Source of the DNA: Candidatus Multivorans sp.
GTDB lineage: Bacteria > Acidobacteriota > Thermoanaerobaculia > Multivoradales > Multivoraceae
DNA length: 64,000 nt
Direction of reading: 5' to 3'
Assembly: GCA_965224025.1 (NCBI GenBank)
Contig: OZ245033.1
Coordinates: forward strand, 608,001 to 672,000
Made by a program: the position numbers and the translations under genes. Below are positions 46,923 to 58,029 of this stretch, piece after piece (the first letter of the stretch is position 1; each line of letters begins with the position of its first letter). The notes below the pieces were generated by a model, which was given only the letters and a program-made list of their open reading frames with translations, had not been told where the DNA came from and searched no databases.

Positions 46923-49649
46923 CTACACTAGGCCGCTCAACCGCCGGAGCGCCGCCAGCAGGTCGGGCTTCTTCGTCAACACACCGCGCAGCGGGTCGGT
47001 CTTGAGCTTCTTCAACCGTTCGGGCAGCGACCGGATGTCGTGGTTTCGCAGGTCGAGGCCGGGTTTGACCTCGGACCAGCGGAGCGGCGTCGAGACCGGG
47101 GCGGCGGGCAACGGCCTGACGCTGAACGGGGCGACGAGCAACCGGCCGCGGCCGTTCTGGACGAAATCGATGTAGACCCTGCCGCCGCGGCGTTCGGGGT
47201 TGCGGGTGACGGTGGCGATGTCGGGCAACTGGCGGCAGATGATCTGGGCGATGAGTTGGCCGAGGCCGCGGGACTGTTCGAAGGTGCAGGCGCCGCCGAG
47301 CGGCAGGAGCACGTGCAGGCCGCTTGAACCGCTGGTCTTGACGAAGCTGGGCAGCTTGATCCGCCGGCACAGGCGGCGGATGGCCACGGCGATCTTGATC
47401 ACGTCCTCGAACGGGGCGTCCTTGGGGTCGAGGTCGAGGATGCACCAGTCGGGCTGGCCGAGCTGGTGCAGCCGGCTCGACCAGACGTGGAGGACGATCG
47501 CGCCCAGGTTGGCGATGTAGATCAGGCTCTCCCGGTCTTGGCAGACGAAGTAGTCGACTTCCTTGTCCGTTCGCGGGCTGACGAGCTTGACCGTGTGCAG
47601 CCAGTCGGGCGCGAAGTCGGGTGCGTTCTTCTGGAAGAACGATTTGCCATCGATTCCGTCGGGGTAGCGGGTCATCACCAGCGGACGGTCGGTGAGGTAG
47701 GGCTGCATCGCGTCGGCGATGGCGGCGTAGAAGTCGATCAGGTCGCCTTTGGTGTAGCCCTCGGCGGGCCAGAACACCTTGGACCTGTTCGTCACCTCGA
47801 CGCGGCGCTCGGGCGGTGGCGGCGGGTCGGTGCCCGGGGCTCGCGGCCCGGCGCGGCGCACGCAGTCCTCGATCGGCTTGTCGTCCCGCAGCCGGAGGAA
47901 GACCGGGTGCCGGAGCATGCCGTGGGGCGTCCACTCCTTGTAGCGGACCTCGCAGATCAGTTCCGGGTTCGGATCGATCCAGGTCTGGTCTTCGATCCGG
48001 CCGTCCAGGAGATCGTCGTCGGTGAGAACGGCCGCGGCCGGCGGGTCCGTCGACGGCGAACCGCAGGAGTTCGGGGTTGTCGGGGAGGCGTTCGCGCTCG
48101 CGGGGCTCGCCTGAGCGTCCTCGACCCCTCGCGGCGCGCGGCAGGGCGGGGTTTCGCGGCGCAGCGTGCCCAGGCGTTCCGCCAGCTCCGCCAGGTCCGC
48201 ATCGCTGAAGCCCGTGCCGACACGCCCGGCGTAGACCAGTCCACCCTGCTCGCCGCTGCCCGGCCGTCCAGGTGCGAGCTCCGGGTCCCAGACGGCGAGG
48301 TGCAGCGAGCCCAAGCCGACCCGGCTGCCCTTGGGAGGCGACATGCCGACGATCACGAGGTCGGCCGTCTGCTCGGTGCGGAGCTTGACCCACGACGACG
48401 AGCGGCGGCCGACGTAGAGGGAGTCGCCGTCCTTGGCCATCGCTCCCTCGAGTCCCATGGCCGTCACCTGCTCGAAGAACGCCTCGCCCCGTTCCTCGAT
48501 GTGGTCCGAGTAACGGAGCGGTCCGGCCGGGGGCAGCACCTTCGCCAGCAGGGCCTTGCGTTCCAGGAGCGGCAGCGACCGCAGGTCCGATCCCTCGAAC
48601 GCCACGAGATCGAAGGCGAACAGGGTCGCGGGCCGGCGCACCGCGGCTCGTTCGATGTCGACCGGGCGGCTGAGCAGGGCGCGCGTCTGCAACCGGGCGA
48701 AGCTCGGCCTGCCGCCGACGTTGAGGACCGTGACCTCGCCGTCCAGGACGAGAGACCGCACCGGCAGCGCCCGCAGGGACCGGGTGAGCTCCGGGTAGAG
48801 CGCGGTCACGTCGCCGCCGTTCCGGTAGCGAAGGAAGACGCTGCCGCCTTCCTTCGCCGCCACCAGCCGGTAGCCGTCGTACTTCAACTCGTAGATCCAG
48901 CCTTCGCGGGAGAACGGCCGGTCGCCGGTGACCGCGAGCATCAACGGCAGCGAGCGCGGATCGACCCGCCGGCGGCGCGCTTCCGAGGCGCCGACCTCGA
49001 CGCGAACCTCCTCGATTCGCTCGCAGCCGTCCCGGAGCTCCTCGACGGTCAGGCCGGAGAGCACGGACTGCTGCGCCAGGTCGTCCTCGCCGCCGTCCGC
49101 GCCGGCCCCGTCGTTCGCACCGTCGCCCGATTGCGGCCGCGCGGCGGCGTCCGGCTTCTTCATCAGCAACCACTGGCTGCCGTCCTCCGTCTGGCGGCGG
49201 CCGTCGGTGCGGAACAGGGTCCAGACGCCGCGCAACTTGTAGCCGTGGAGTTCAAAGAGGAGCTTGCCGTTCTCCATGCCGGCGACCGGGTCCTCGAGCG
49301 GCCTCCAGCGCCCGCCGTCCCACACGATCATCGCCCCGGCGCCGTAGTTGCCGGCGGGGATCGATCCCTCGAAGTCGGCGTACTCCAGCGGGTGGTCCTC
49401 GGTGGCCACCGCCAGACGCTTGACCTCGGGGTCGAGGCTGGGCCCCCTCGGTACGGCCCAGGACTTCAGCGTGCCTTCGAGTTCCAGGCGCAGGTCGAAG
49501 TGGACGCGGCGGGCGGCGTGCTTCTGGACCACGAAGCGGCCGGCGCCGGTCCCCGTCGCGGGACCGAAAGGCTCCGGCGTCGCCTCGCTCGATCGCTTGC
49601 GGCGGTAGGCCTCGAGATTGCCGCTGTGCGGGCCAGGCATCCGCGGCAT
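46923..49649 (-). CDS. ligD: NHEJ DNA ligase D (phosphoesterase-ligase-polymerase)
   Basis: FVVQKHAARRVHFDLRLE (PE domain), ELKYDGYR (ligase), RYPDGI, DLDP, KTSGSSGLH (polymerase). Confidence 0.96.
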   Translation of the reverse strand: MPRMPGPHSGNLEAYRRKRSSEATPEPFGPATGTGAGRFVVQKHAARRVHFDLRLELEGTLKSWAVPRGPSLDPEVKRLAVATEDHPLEYADFEGSIPAGNYGAGAMIVWDGGRWRPLEDPVAGMENGKLLFELHGYKLRGVWTLFRTDGRRQTEDGSQWLLMKKPDAAARPQSGDGANDGAGADGGEDDLAQQSVLSGLTVEELRDGCERIEEVRVEVGASEARRRRVDPRSLPLMLAVTGDRPFSREGWIYELKYDGYRLVAAKEGGSVFLRYRNGGDVTALYPELTRSLRALPVRSLVLDGEVTVLNVGGRPSFARLQTRALLSRPVDIERAAVRRPATLFAFDLVAFEGSDLRSLPLLERKALLAKVLPPAGPLRYSDHIEERGEAFFEQVTAMGLEGAMAKDGDSLYVGRRSSSWVKLRTEQTADLVIVGMSPPKGSRVGLGSLHLAVWDPELAPGRPGSGEQGGLVYAGRVGTGFSDADLAELAERLGTLRRETPPCRAPRGVEDAQASPASANASPTTPNSCGSPSTDPPAAAVLTDDDLLDGRIEDQTWIDPNPELICEVRYKEWTPHGMLRHPVFLRLRDDKPIEDCVRRAGPRAPGTDPPPPPERRVEVTNRSKVFWPAEGYTKGDLIDFYAAIADAMQPYLTDRPLVMTRYPDGIDGKSFFQKNAPDFAPDWLHTVKLVSPRTDKEVDYFVCQDRESLIYIANLGAIVLHVWSSRLHQLGQPDWCILDLDPKDAPFEDVIKIAVAIRRLCRRIKLPSFVKTSGSSGLHVLLPLGGACTFEQSRGLGQLIAQIICRQLPDIATVTRNPERRGGRVYIDFVQNGRGRLLVAPFSVRPLPAAPVSTPLRWSEVKPGLDLRNHDIRSLPERLKKLKTDPLRGVLTKKPDLLAALRRLSGLV

Positions 49650-49814
49650 TCTCCCAGAAGCTGGACTGTCCGGAGTGTCGGACCATCTCGCCGGGCTCCG
49701 GGAACGCGGTCGTCTTGCCCGAATCCGGTGCGAGCGCCGGACTCTGGGATTGTCCTGTCAACGGAGCTTGCGGACACCACCGCCGAGCGGTTTCGATGCT
49801 ATGCTTCGCCGTCT

Positions 49815-50771
49815 ATGCCTGCTCGTACCATTGGCGCCGGCACCGTATCGTTCGGCTTGGTCTCGATTCCGGTTCGCTTGTACTCCACGTCGGAGACCTC
49901 GGGCGCGGTGCGCTTCAACATGCTGGACCCGACGGACAACACGCGGGTCAAGCAGCAGTTGGTCAACCAGCGGACCGGCACCGAGGTGAAGCGCAAGGAG
50001 ACGATCAAGGGTTACGAGTTCGGCAAGGGGCAGTACGTCACGTTCAGCAACGAGGAGATCAAGGAACTCCAGGAGAAGGCCTCGCCGGCGATCGAAATCA
50101 CCGAGTTCGTGCCGCTTGCGGAAGTCGAGCCGATCTACTTCGAGAAGTCGTACTACCTGGGGCCGGAGAAGGGCGGCGAGCGCGCCTACCGGCTGCTCAG
50201 CGAGGCAATGCGGAAGGCGGGCCGCTCGGCGCTGGCCAAGCACGCGGCCCGCGGCAAGCAGTATCTCGTCATGTTGCGGCCGTACGCGCAGGGCCTGCTC
50301 ATGCAGCAACTGAAGTACGAGGACGAGTTGAAGTCCTTCGGCGAAGTGCCCCTGGGTGAAGAGACGGAGCTCAAGCCCGGCGAACTCGACCTCGCCGTGC
50401 AACTGATCGAGCAGATTGCCTCCGACGAGTTCACGCCCGAGCAGTACACGGACGAAGTGCGCAAGCGGCTGTGGGAGGCGATTCAGAGCAAGATCGAGGG
50501 CCGCGAGGTGGCCGAGGACGAAACGGAGGCGCCGCAGGCGCAGATCATCGACCTGATGGAGGCGCTCAAGGCGAGCCTCTCGAAGGACGGCGACGGCGAC
50601 AAGGAGTCGGCTGCCCGCAAGCCGAAGGCCGGCTCGCGCAAGGCCGGTTCCCGAAAGGCCGGGGCCGATGCCAAGGCGGCCAAGAAGAAAGCCGCCGGCA
50701 GCAAGACGACTAGCAAGAAGCGCACGCGCCGGGCGAAGACGGAACCGGCGCGCAGGACCGCGGTTGGTTGA
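49815..50771 (+). CDS. ku: NHEJ Ku protein
   Basis: SFGLVSIPVRLY, IKGYEFGKGQYV, YFEKSYYL, IIDLMEALKASL, Lys-rich tail. Confidence 0.96.
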   Translation: MPARTIGAGTVSFGLVSIPVRLYSTSETSGAVRFNMLDPTDNTRVKQQLVNQRTGTEVKRKETIKGYEFGKGQYVTFSNEEIKELQEKASPAIEITEFVPLAEVEPIYFEKSYYLGPEKGGERAYRLLSEAMRKAGRSALAKHAARGKQYLVMLRPYAQGLLMQQLKYEDELKSFGEVPLGEETELKPGELDLAVQLIEQIASDEFTPEQYTDEVRKRLWEAIQSKIEGREVAEDETEAPQAQIIDLMEALKASLSKDGDGDKESAARKPKAGSRKAGSRKAGADAKAAKKKAAGSKTTSKKRTRRAKTEPARRTAVG

Positions 50772-50969
50772 CGTGAGCCGCCGTCAGTGAAGCCCTCAGG
50801 GCGAGGGCGCCGGCGCAGCCGCGGCGGCGTTCGTTCAATCGACTGGATCCGCGCCCGCACACGGGCAGGGAGCGGCTAAGGTAGCGCTTCGTCTCCCGTC
50901 ATCCGCGGGCTAGGCCCTTCGGCCGCGCAATAGCAGAACCGACCAGCAGTCAACACAGGAGTCTTCGAG

Positions 50970-51497
50970 ATCGCACCCCCATCCAGAGAGCCGCGCATCA
51001 ACCACCGGATCCGGAAAAGCCCGGTACGGCTCATCGATCAGGACGGTACCCAGGTGGGTGTCGTCGCCTTGGATCAAGCCAGGACGCGCGCTCAGGCGGC
51101 GCGTCTCGATCTCGTCGAAGTGGGTCCCAACACGGACCCGCCCGTGGTCCGTATCCTGGACTGGGGCAAGGTCAAGTTCGAACGCGACAAGAAGAAGAAG
51201 GAGTCGCGGAAGAAGGCGGCGACGATCGATCTGAAGGAGGTCAAGTACCGCCCTACGATCGACCCGCACGACTACCAGATCAAGACCGACCGGGCGCTGC
51301 GCTTCCTGCGCGAGGGCAAGAAGGTCAAGGTCACGATCTTCTTCCGCTACCGGCAACTGCGCCGGCCTGAACTCGGCGTCGCCATTCTGGACAAGGTGAG
51401 CGCGGCGATCGACGGAGTTGGCGAGGTCGAGACGCGCTCCGGACTCGAGGGCCGTCAGATGACGATGATCCTCAACCCGACTCCGCAAGAGGACTGA
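50970..51497 (+). CDS. infC: Translation initiation factor IF-3 (ATC start)
   Basis: PRINHRIR..VRLID..LDLVEV..PPVVRILDWGK..KEVKYRPTI..HDY..KVKVTIFFR. In-frame ATC at 50970 lies 8 nt after AGGAG. Confidence 0.95.
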   Translation: MAPPSREPRINHRIRKSPVRLIDQDGTQVGVVALDQARTRAQAARLDLVEVGPNTDPPVVRILDWGKVKFERDKKKKESRKKAATIDLKEVKYRPTIDPHDYQIKTDRALRFLREGKKVKVTIFFRYRQLRRPELGVAILDKVSAAIDGVGEVETRSGLEGRQMTMILNPTPQED

Positions 51498-51579
51498 GGA
51501 CGCATCAGGGCGGAGCAGCGGCTCGGGGCGAAGTTCCGCCGTGGGCTGGCACCGAGACGCGGATGTGCGGGATGCTGAC

Positions 51580-52158
51580 ATGAACTTGCGCGTCCCCGTT
51601 GTCGTCTTCGCGGTGCTGGTCGCACTCTGTGCGGTCGTTCTGGCTGTCGCCCTCACGGACGAGCCGGCCGATGGCCGCGGGATCGACCACCCCGGGTTCG
51701 GGACGATGCGCCAGGGCGGCGATTCCGACCGCCACGACGCCGTTCTCCCCCTGGGTTGGCTCTACGGCACGCTGTCGATCGTCCTCTTCGCGGGTCTGAT
51801 GGCGCTGGGCCTTCGACGCGGCGGCCGACTGCCGGGGGGTAGCGGTGCGGCCCTGCTGGTCGGCCTGGCGCTGGTCGTTCTGGTCTTCACGCTCCTGGTT
51901 CTGAGCTACCGCGCCTACGTCGCGCCCGACGCCGCGCGGACGCTGTTCGGCTCCTTCCCGCGACCCTCGGCCTGGATGCTCTACGGCCTGTGGCCCGTCC
52001 CCCTCGTCTTTGCCGCGCTCTACATGCGGAACTTCGATCGCTGGGTGATCAGCGAGGACGAGGTGGCCGAGTTCGAGCAGTTGGTGGCGGAGTCGCGTCG
52101 GGGAAGGGCCTCCGGCGGAGGCGCGGACGAGGCGGCCGGCAGCCCGGGCGAACGGTAG
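51580..52158 (+). CDS. Hypothetical membrane protein upstream of the SSS transporter
   Basis: About 4 TM segments. Its stop directly abuts the SSS ATG. Confidence 0.75.
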   Translation: MNLRVPVVVFAVLVALCAVVLAVALTDEPADGRGIDHPGFGTMRQGGDSDRHDAVLPLGWLYGTLSIVLFAGLMALGLRRGGRLPGGSGAALLVGLALVVLVFTLLVLSYRAYVAPDAARTLFGSFPRPSAWMLYGLWPVPLVFAALYMRNFDRWVISEDEVAEFEQLVAESRRGRASGGGADEAAGSPGER

Positions 52159-53640
52159 ATGGAAGGCGGCGGCAACAACGTCATCCTGGCCTGCATCGGC
52201 CTCTATCTCGTGGTCTGCGTCGGCGTCGGACTGTGGGCGCTGCGGCGCACGAAGTCGACGAAGGACTTCTTCATGGCCGGCCGCGACCTGGGGATCATCG
52301 TCACCGCCCTGGCTGTGTTCTCCAGCACGCTGTCGGGCTTCGGATTCGTCGGCGGCCCGGGGCTTGTCTACCGCATGGGCATGAGCTCGCTGTGGATGGT
52401 GATCTGCTCGTCGGTGGGTTACGTGATCGCGTTCTACCTGCTCGGCAAGCGCCTGCGGCTGTTCGCGGAGCTGCGTGACTCGATCTCGCTGCCCGACGCC
52501 GTGGCGGCCCGCTACAAGAGCCAGTGGAGCCGGGGGCTGACGGCACTCGCCATCCTGCTCGGCGTGATGGGCTACCTGGGAACCCAGATCCTGGCCATGG
52601 CGACGGTCCTCCAGGACATTCTCCAGCGCAGCTTCGGACCGATCAGCATCGGGGCCTGCGTCGCCTTCTCATGTGCCGTGCTCGTGTTCTACTGCGTTAC
52701 CGGGGGCATCATCGCTTCGGTCTACACCGACCTCATCCAGGGCTTCGTCATGATGGTGGCGGCAGTGCTGGTGCTGCTGGCCGCGGTCGCGGCGATAGAC
52801 GGCGGCTTCGCCGGCATGAGCGAGACGATCATGGCCGACGACGCGGAGGCGATGGGGCCGTGGGGCACGGCCGGGATGATGAACTCGCTCTCCTGGTACT
52901 TCGTCTTCGCCCTCGGCCTGGCCGGGCAACCGCACATCATCACGAAGATGATGATGTGCCGCCGGGTGCGGGACGCGCGCAGCATTCTGCCGGTTTCCAT
53001 CGCGGCCTACGCGGTCTCGGCCCTGTTGTGGATCAGCATCGGCCTGGTGATGCGGGCCTTGGTGCTTCAGGGGACCCACCCGGAGATTCCAGGCGCCGAC
53101 GCGGCGGCGCCGCAGTTCCTGCAGGCGTTCGCTCATCCGCTCCTCGCCGGCGTCGTCTTCGCGGGCTTGTTCGCGGCGATCATGTCGACCGCGGACGGCT
53201 TCCTGAACATCGGCGCCGCGGCCGTCGTCCACGACATTCCGCGCGCCCTCTTCGGCCGCTCGCTCAGGAACGAACTGCGGTGGGCCCGGATCGTGACCGT
53301 GATCATCGCCGTCGCGGCTTCCCTGTTCGCCCTCTACAGCGGCCAGGACCTCGTCGCCCTGCTCGGCGCCTTCGGCTGGGGCACCTTCGCCGCCGCCCTG
53401 GTGCCCGCGGTGGCCATCGGCTTCAACTGGAAACGCGCCACCGCGACAGCGGCCAACGTGGCCATCGGCTCCAGCCTGGCGATCAACTTCGGGGTTCAGG
53501 TCTCGAGTTTGCCGGTGCCGTACGGCATCGACGTCGGCGCCCTCTCCCTCCTCGTCTCCCTGACCCTCTTCTTCGGCATCTCCCTGCTGTCCAAACCGCC
53601 GCAACTCGACCGCGATATCGCGGCGGTCATGGACATGTAG
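52159..53640 (+). CDS. Sodium:solute symporter (PutP-like)
   Basis: DFFMAGRDLG, SGFGFVGGPG, YTDLIQG, GQPHI, FAAIMSTAD. Confidence 0.95.
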   Translation: MEGGGNNVILACIGLYLVVCVGVGLWALRRTKSTKDFFMAGRDLGIIVTALAVFSSTLSGFGFVGGPGLVYRMGMSSLWMVICSSVGYVIAFYLLGKRLRLFAELRDSISLPDAVAARYKSQWSRGLTALAILLGVMGYLGTQILAMATVLQDILQRSFGPISIGACVAFSCAVLVFYCVTGGIIASVYTDLIQGFVMMVAAVLVLLAAVAAIDGGFAGMSETIMADDAEAMGPWGTAGMMNSLSWYFVFALGLAGQPHIITKMMMCRRVRDARSILPVSIAAYAVSALLWISIGLVMRALVLQGTHPEIPGADAAAPQFLQAFAHPLLAGVVFAGLFAAIMSTADGFLNIGAAAVVHDIPRALFGRSLRNELRWARIVTVIIAVAASLFALYSGQDLVALLGAFGWGTFAAALVPAVAIGFNWKRATATAANVAIGSSLAINFGVQVSSLPVPYGIDVGALSLLVSLTLFFGISLLSKPPQLDRDIAAVMDM

Positions 53641-53860
53641 CGCGGTTCCACTCCGCGTTCTCCCCATCGGGCTTGGCCCTCAGGGTTGGCTACGAACGCC
53701 TGAAAGTGACTGCCGACCGCCGGTAGACAGCGTCTAGCCCGAAGTTCTGAGGCTCCTGGGGCCTCCTCGTCGTCGAGAGGCGTTGCAGTGCTTGGGTTTT
53801 CGGGTGTTGGGCCGCCCCTGTTTTCCGCCATTGGTAGCCATGTAATGATCTCGTGGCATG

Positions 53861-53889
53861 TAGACATTCTGAATGGTTTCGTCTACAAT
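53861..53889 (+). promoter_or_regulatory. Sigma70-like promoter of the transposase
   Basis: TAGACA-N17-TACAAT, ending 8 nt before ATG 53898. Confidence 0.7.
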
Positions 53890-53897
53890 GAGAAGCC

Positions 53898-55616
53898 ATG
53901 TACATCGAACGGGTACCCAACCGAAACTCACCACCAGCCGTCCTGCTGAGAGAGTCCTACCGACAGGACGGAAAGGTCAAGAAACGCACTCTCGCCAACC
54001 TCTCCAAGTGGCCCGACCAACTCGTCGAAGGACTCAGAACCCTGCTCAAGGGAGGAGTCGCCCTGCCTTCGCTCGAGGCAGCCTTCGAGATCCTGCGCGC
54101 CAGACCGCACGGCCACGTCGCCGCCGTCCTCGGCGCGGCCCGAAGCCTCGGCCTCGAACGGCTCCTCGATCGACGGCCCTCGCGCGAGCGGGCGCTGGCG
54201 CTGGCCATGATCGCGGCCCGCATCCTCGAGCCGCGATCCAAGCTCGCCACCGCCCGCGGACTCGCAAGCGAGACCATGAGCCACACCCTCGGCGAGGAAC
54301 TCGGCGTGCAGGAGGCCTCGGCCGACGAACTCTACGGCGCCATGGACTGGCTGCTCGAAAAACAGCCGCGCATCGAGCGGACTCTTGCCCGGCGGCATCT
54401 GGAAGACGGCTCGCTGGTGCTCTGCGACGTGACCTCGGTCTACTTTGAGGGCAGGAAGTGCACGCTGGCCAGGCACGGCTACTCCAGGGACAAGAAGAGA
54501 GGCAAGGTCCAGATCGTCTTCGGCCTGCTCTGCAGCCGGGACGGATGCCCGGTCGCGGTCGAGGTATTCGAGGGCAACACGGCCGATCCGACGACCCTGA
54601 ACGCCCAGGTGCAGAAGCTCCGCGACCGCTTCTCGCTGGAGAGGATCGTGATGGTCTCAGACCGGGGCCTGATCACCGACGCGCGCATCCGCGAGGACCT
54701 CGACCCCGCGGGCCTGTCCTGGATCAGCGCCCTGCGCGCGCCGGCGATCAGGACGCTGGCCCAGGAAGGCCACCTGCAACTGTCGCTCTTCGACCAGCGG
54801 AAGATGGCCGAGATCAGGGTTCCGGAGCTGTACCCGAAGGAGCGCCTCGTGGTGTGCCGGAACCCGCTTCTGGCGGAGGAACGCGGCCGCAAGCGCCAGG
54901 AGCTTCTCGAAGCCACCGAGCGCAAGCTCGACGCCGTCGTTGCGGCGACGCGGCGCAAGAAGAACCCCCTGCGCGGCAAGGACGCCATCGCCGTGCGCGC
55001 GGACCGCGCCCGGGGCGCCTACAAGGTCGGCAAGCACTTCGAGGTCGAGATCGAAGAGGACGGCTTCCAATACCGCCGCAACGAGGCGCGCATCGCCGAG
55101 GAAGCCGCTCTCGACGGCTTCTACGTCATCCGCACCAACGTCCCCGAAGACGAACTGCCGGCAGCCGATGCGGTCCGCGCCTACAAGAGCCTCAGCCGCG
55201 TCGAACGCGCCTTCCGCTCCTACAAGAGCGTCGACCTCAAAGTGCGCCCCGTCCACCATCGCCCGGCCTCGAGGGTGCGCGCCCATGTCTTCCTCTGCAT
55301 GCTCGCCTACTACGTCGAGTGGCACATGCGCCGGACCCTGGCGCCCATCCTCTTCGACGACCAACGCCGCGACGACCAACGCGAGTCGCCAGTCGATCCC
55401 GCGCGCAGGTCGCCCGAGGCGATGGCCAAGGCCAACTCCCGGAGGACCCCCGACGGACTCCCCGTCCACAGCTTCCAGACCTTGCTCGCCGACCTGGCCA
55501 CGCTGACCCGAAACCGGGTGCGGATGCACGGCGACGCCGACTCCACAGCCGACGTCCTCGCACGGCCCACTCCACTCCAGAACGAAGCCTTCAAGCTACT
55601 CGGCATCCGCCCCTGA
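53898..55616 (+). CDS. IS1634-family DDE transposase
   Basis: MYIERVPNRNSPPAVLLRESYR, DVTSVYFEG, GYSRD, VSDRG, VERAFR, RVRAHVFLCMLAY. Confidence 0.95.
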   Translation: MYIERVPNRNSPPAVLLRESYRQDGKVKKRTLANLSKWPDQLVEGLRTLLKGGVALPSLEAAFEILRARPHGHVAAVLGAARSLGLERLLDRRPSRERALALAMIAARILEPRSKLATARGLASETMSHTLGEELGVQEASADELYGAMDWLLEKQPRIERTLARRHLEDGSLVLCDVTSVYFEGRKCTLARHGYSRDKKRGKVQIVFGLLCSRDGCPVAVEVFEGNTADPTTLNAQVQKLRDRFSLERIVMVSDRGLITDARIREDLDPAGLSWISALRAPAIRTLAQEGHLQLSLFDQRKMAEIRVPELYPKERLVVCRNPLLAEERGRKRQELLEATERKLDAVVAATRRKKNPLRGKDAIAVRADRARGAYKVGKHFEVEIEEDGFQYRRNEARIAEEAALDGFYVIRTNVPEDELPAADAVRAYKSLSRVERAFRSYKSVDLKVRPVHHRPASRVRAHVFLCMLAYYVEWHMRRTLAPILFDDQRRDDQRESPVDPARRSPEAMAKANSRRTPDGLPVHSFQTLLADLATLTRNRVRMHGDADSTADVLARPTPLQNEAFKLLGIRP

Positions 55617-55718
55617 AGCCGACGTACCCAGTACAAGACACCGCCGAACAACTGAAAACGCCCACCACTACAGGCGATTTCACGACTTGAAGCTCAGAAC
55701 TTCGGTCTAGCCTGCGCA

Positions 55719-55878
55719 GGGGTTCAGGGGGAGGGGGCCCAAGTGGCTCGGAGCGAGCGACGGCCGAGTTCTTCCGTAGGACGATGGCCAACCGGAGCGA
55801 GCGGAGTGCAGTGAGCGCACCCCCCATCGCCTTCCGACAAAGCGCGAGCGGCACCTGGGACCCCTCCCCCTGAACCCC
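55719..55878. repeat. 160-bp element with 27-bp terminal inverted repeats (MITE- or REPIN-like)
   Basis: GGGGTTCAGGGGGAGGGGGCCCAAGTG and CACCTGGGACCCCTCCCCCTGAACCCC, 25/27 complementary. Confidence 0.75.
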
Positions 55879-56030
55879 GAAACGCGCGGGCGGGTGCTAC
55901 CGCAACGCCCTAGATTCCTTGAACGAGCGTGGTCTTTACAGTTGAGGCAAGTTTCACCCAGAGCCATGCATCGATACGTCGGCTCGCGTAGCCCGCAAGG
56001 ACATGCTCGTCGGTCTGAGGCGAAGCCTCG

Positions 56031-57902
<1,872 letters not shown>

Positions 57903-58029
57903 GACTGACGGCAGTGGCCGCGGGTCTTCTGACCCGCGGGGGACTTGGCGCCGCGAAGCGGCGACCATCGTCCGGCACCAGACTCCGCGCGTGCTCCCGG
58001 TTTCGGCTCGCCGACCGGAGCACGCGGCG

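Larger units (their letters stand above)
53734..55710 (+). mobile_element. IS1634-family insertion sequence
   Basis: Ends CTAGCCCGAAGTTCTGAG and CTCAGAACTTCGGTCTAG are a 17/18 inverted match with CTAG at both ends. They enclose an intact transposase. Confidence 0.9.

Noticed and set aside
47466-49814. Apparent 780-aa N-terminal extension of Ku
   Set aside because: It is the antisense frame of ligD. Ku homology and a -10 box place the start at 49815.
46105-50771. vapBC + ligD/ku as a defence or prophage island
   Set aside because: No integrase, att sites or phage genes. These are ordinary chromosomal NHEJ and TA loci.
50880-50960. Possible L20-type leader RNA before infC
   Set aside because: Small hairpins are present, but I cannot match a consensus by eye and rplT is absent. 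Needs an Infernal search.
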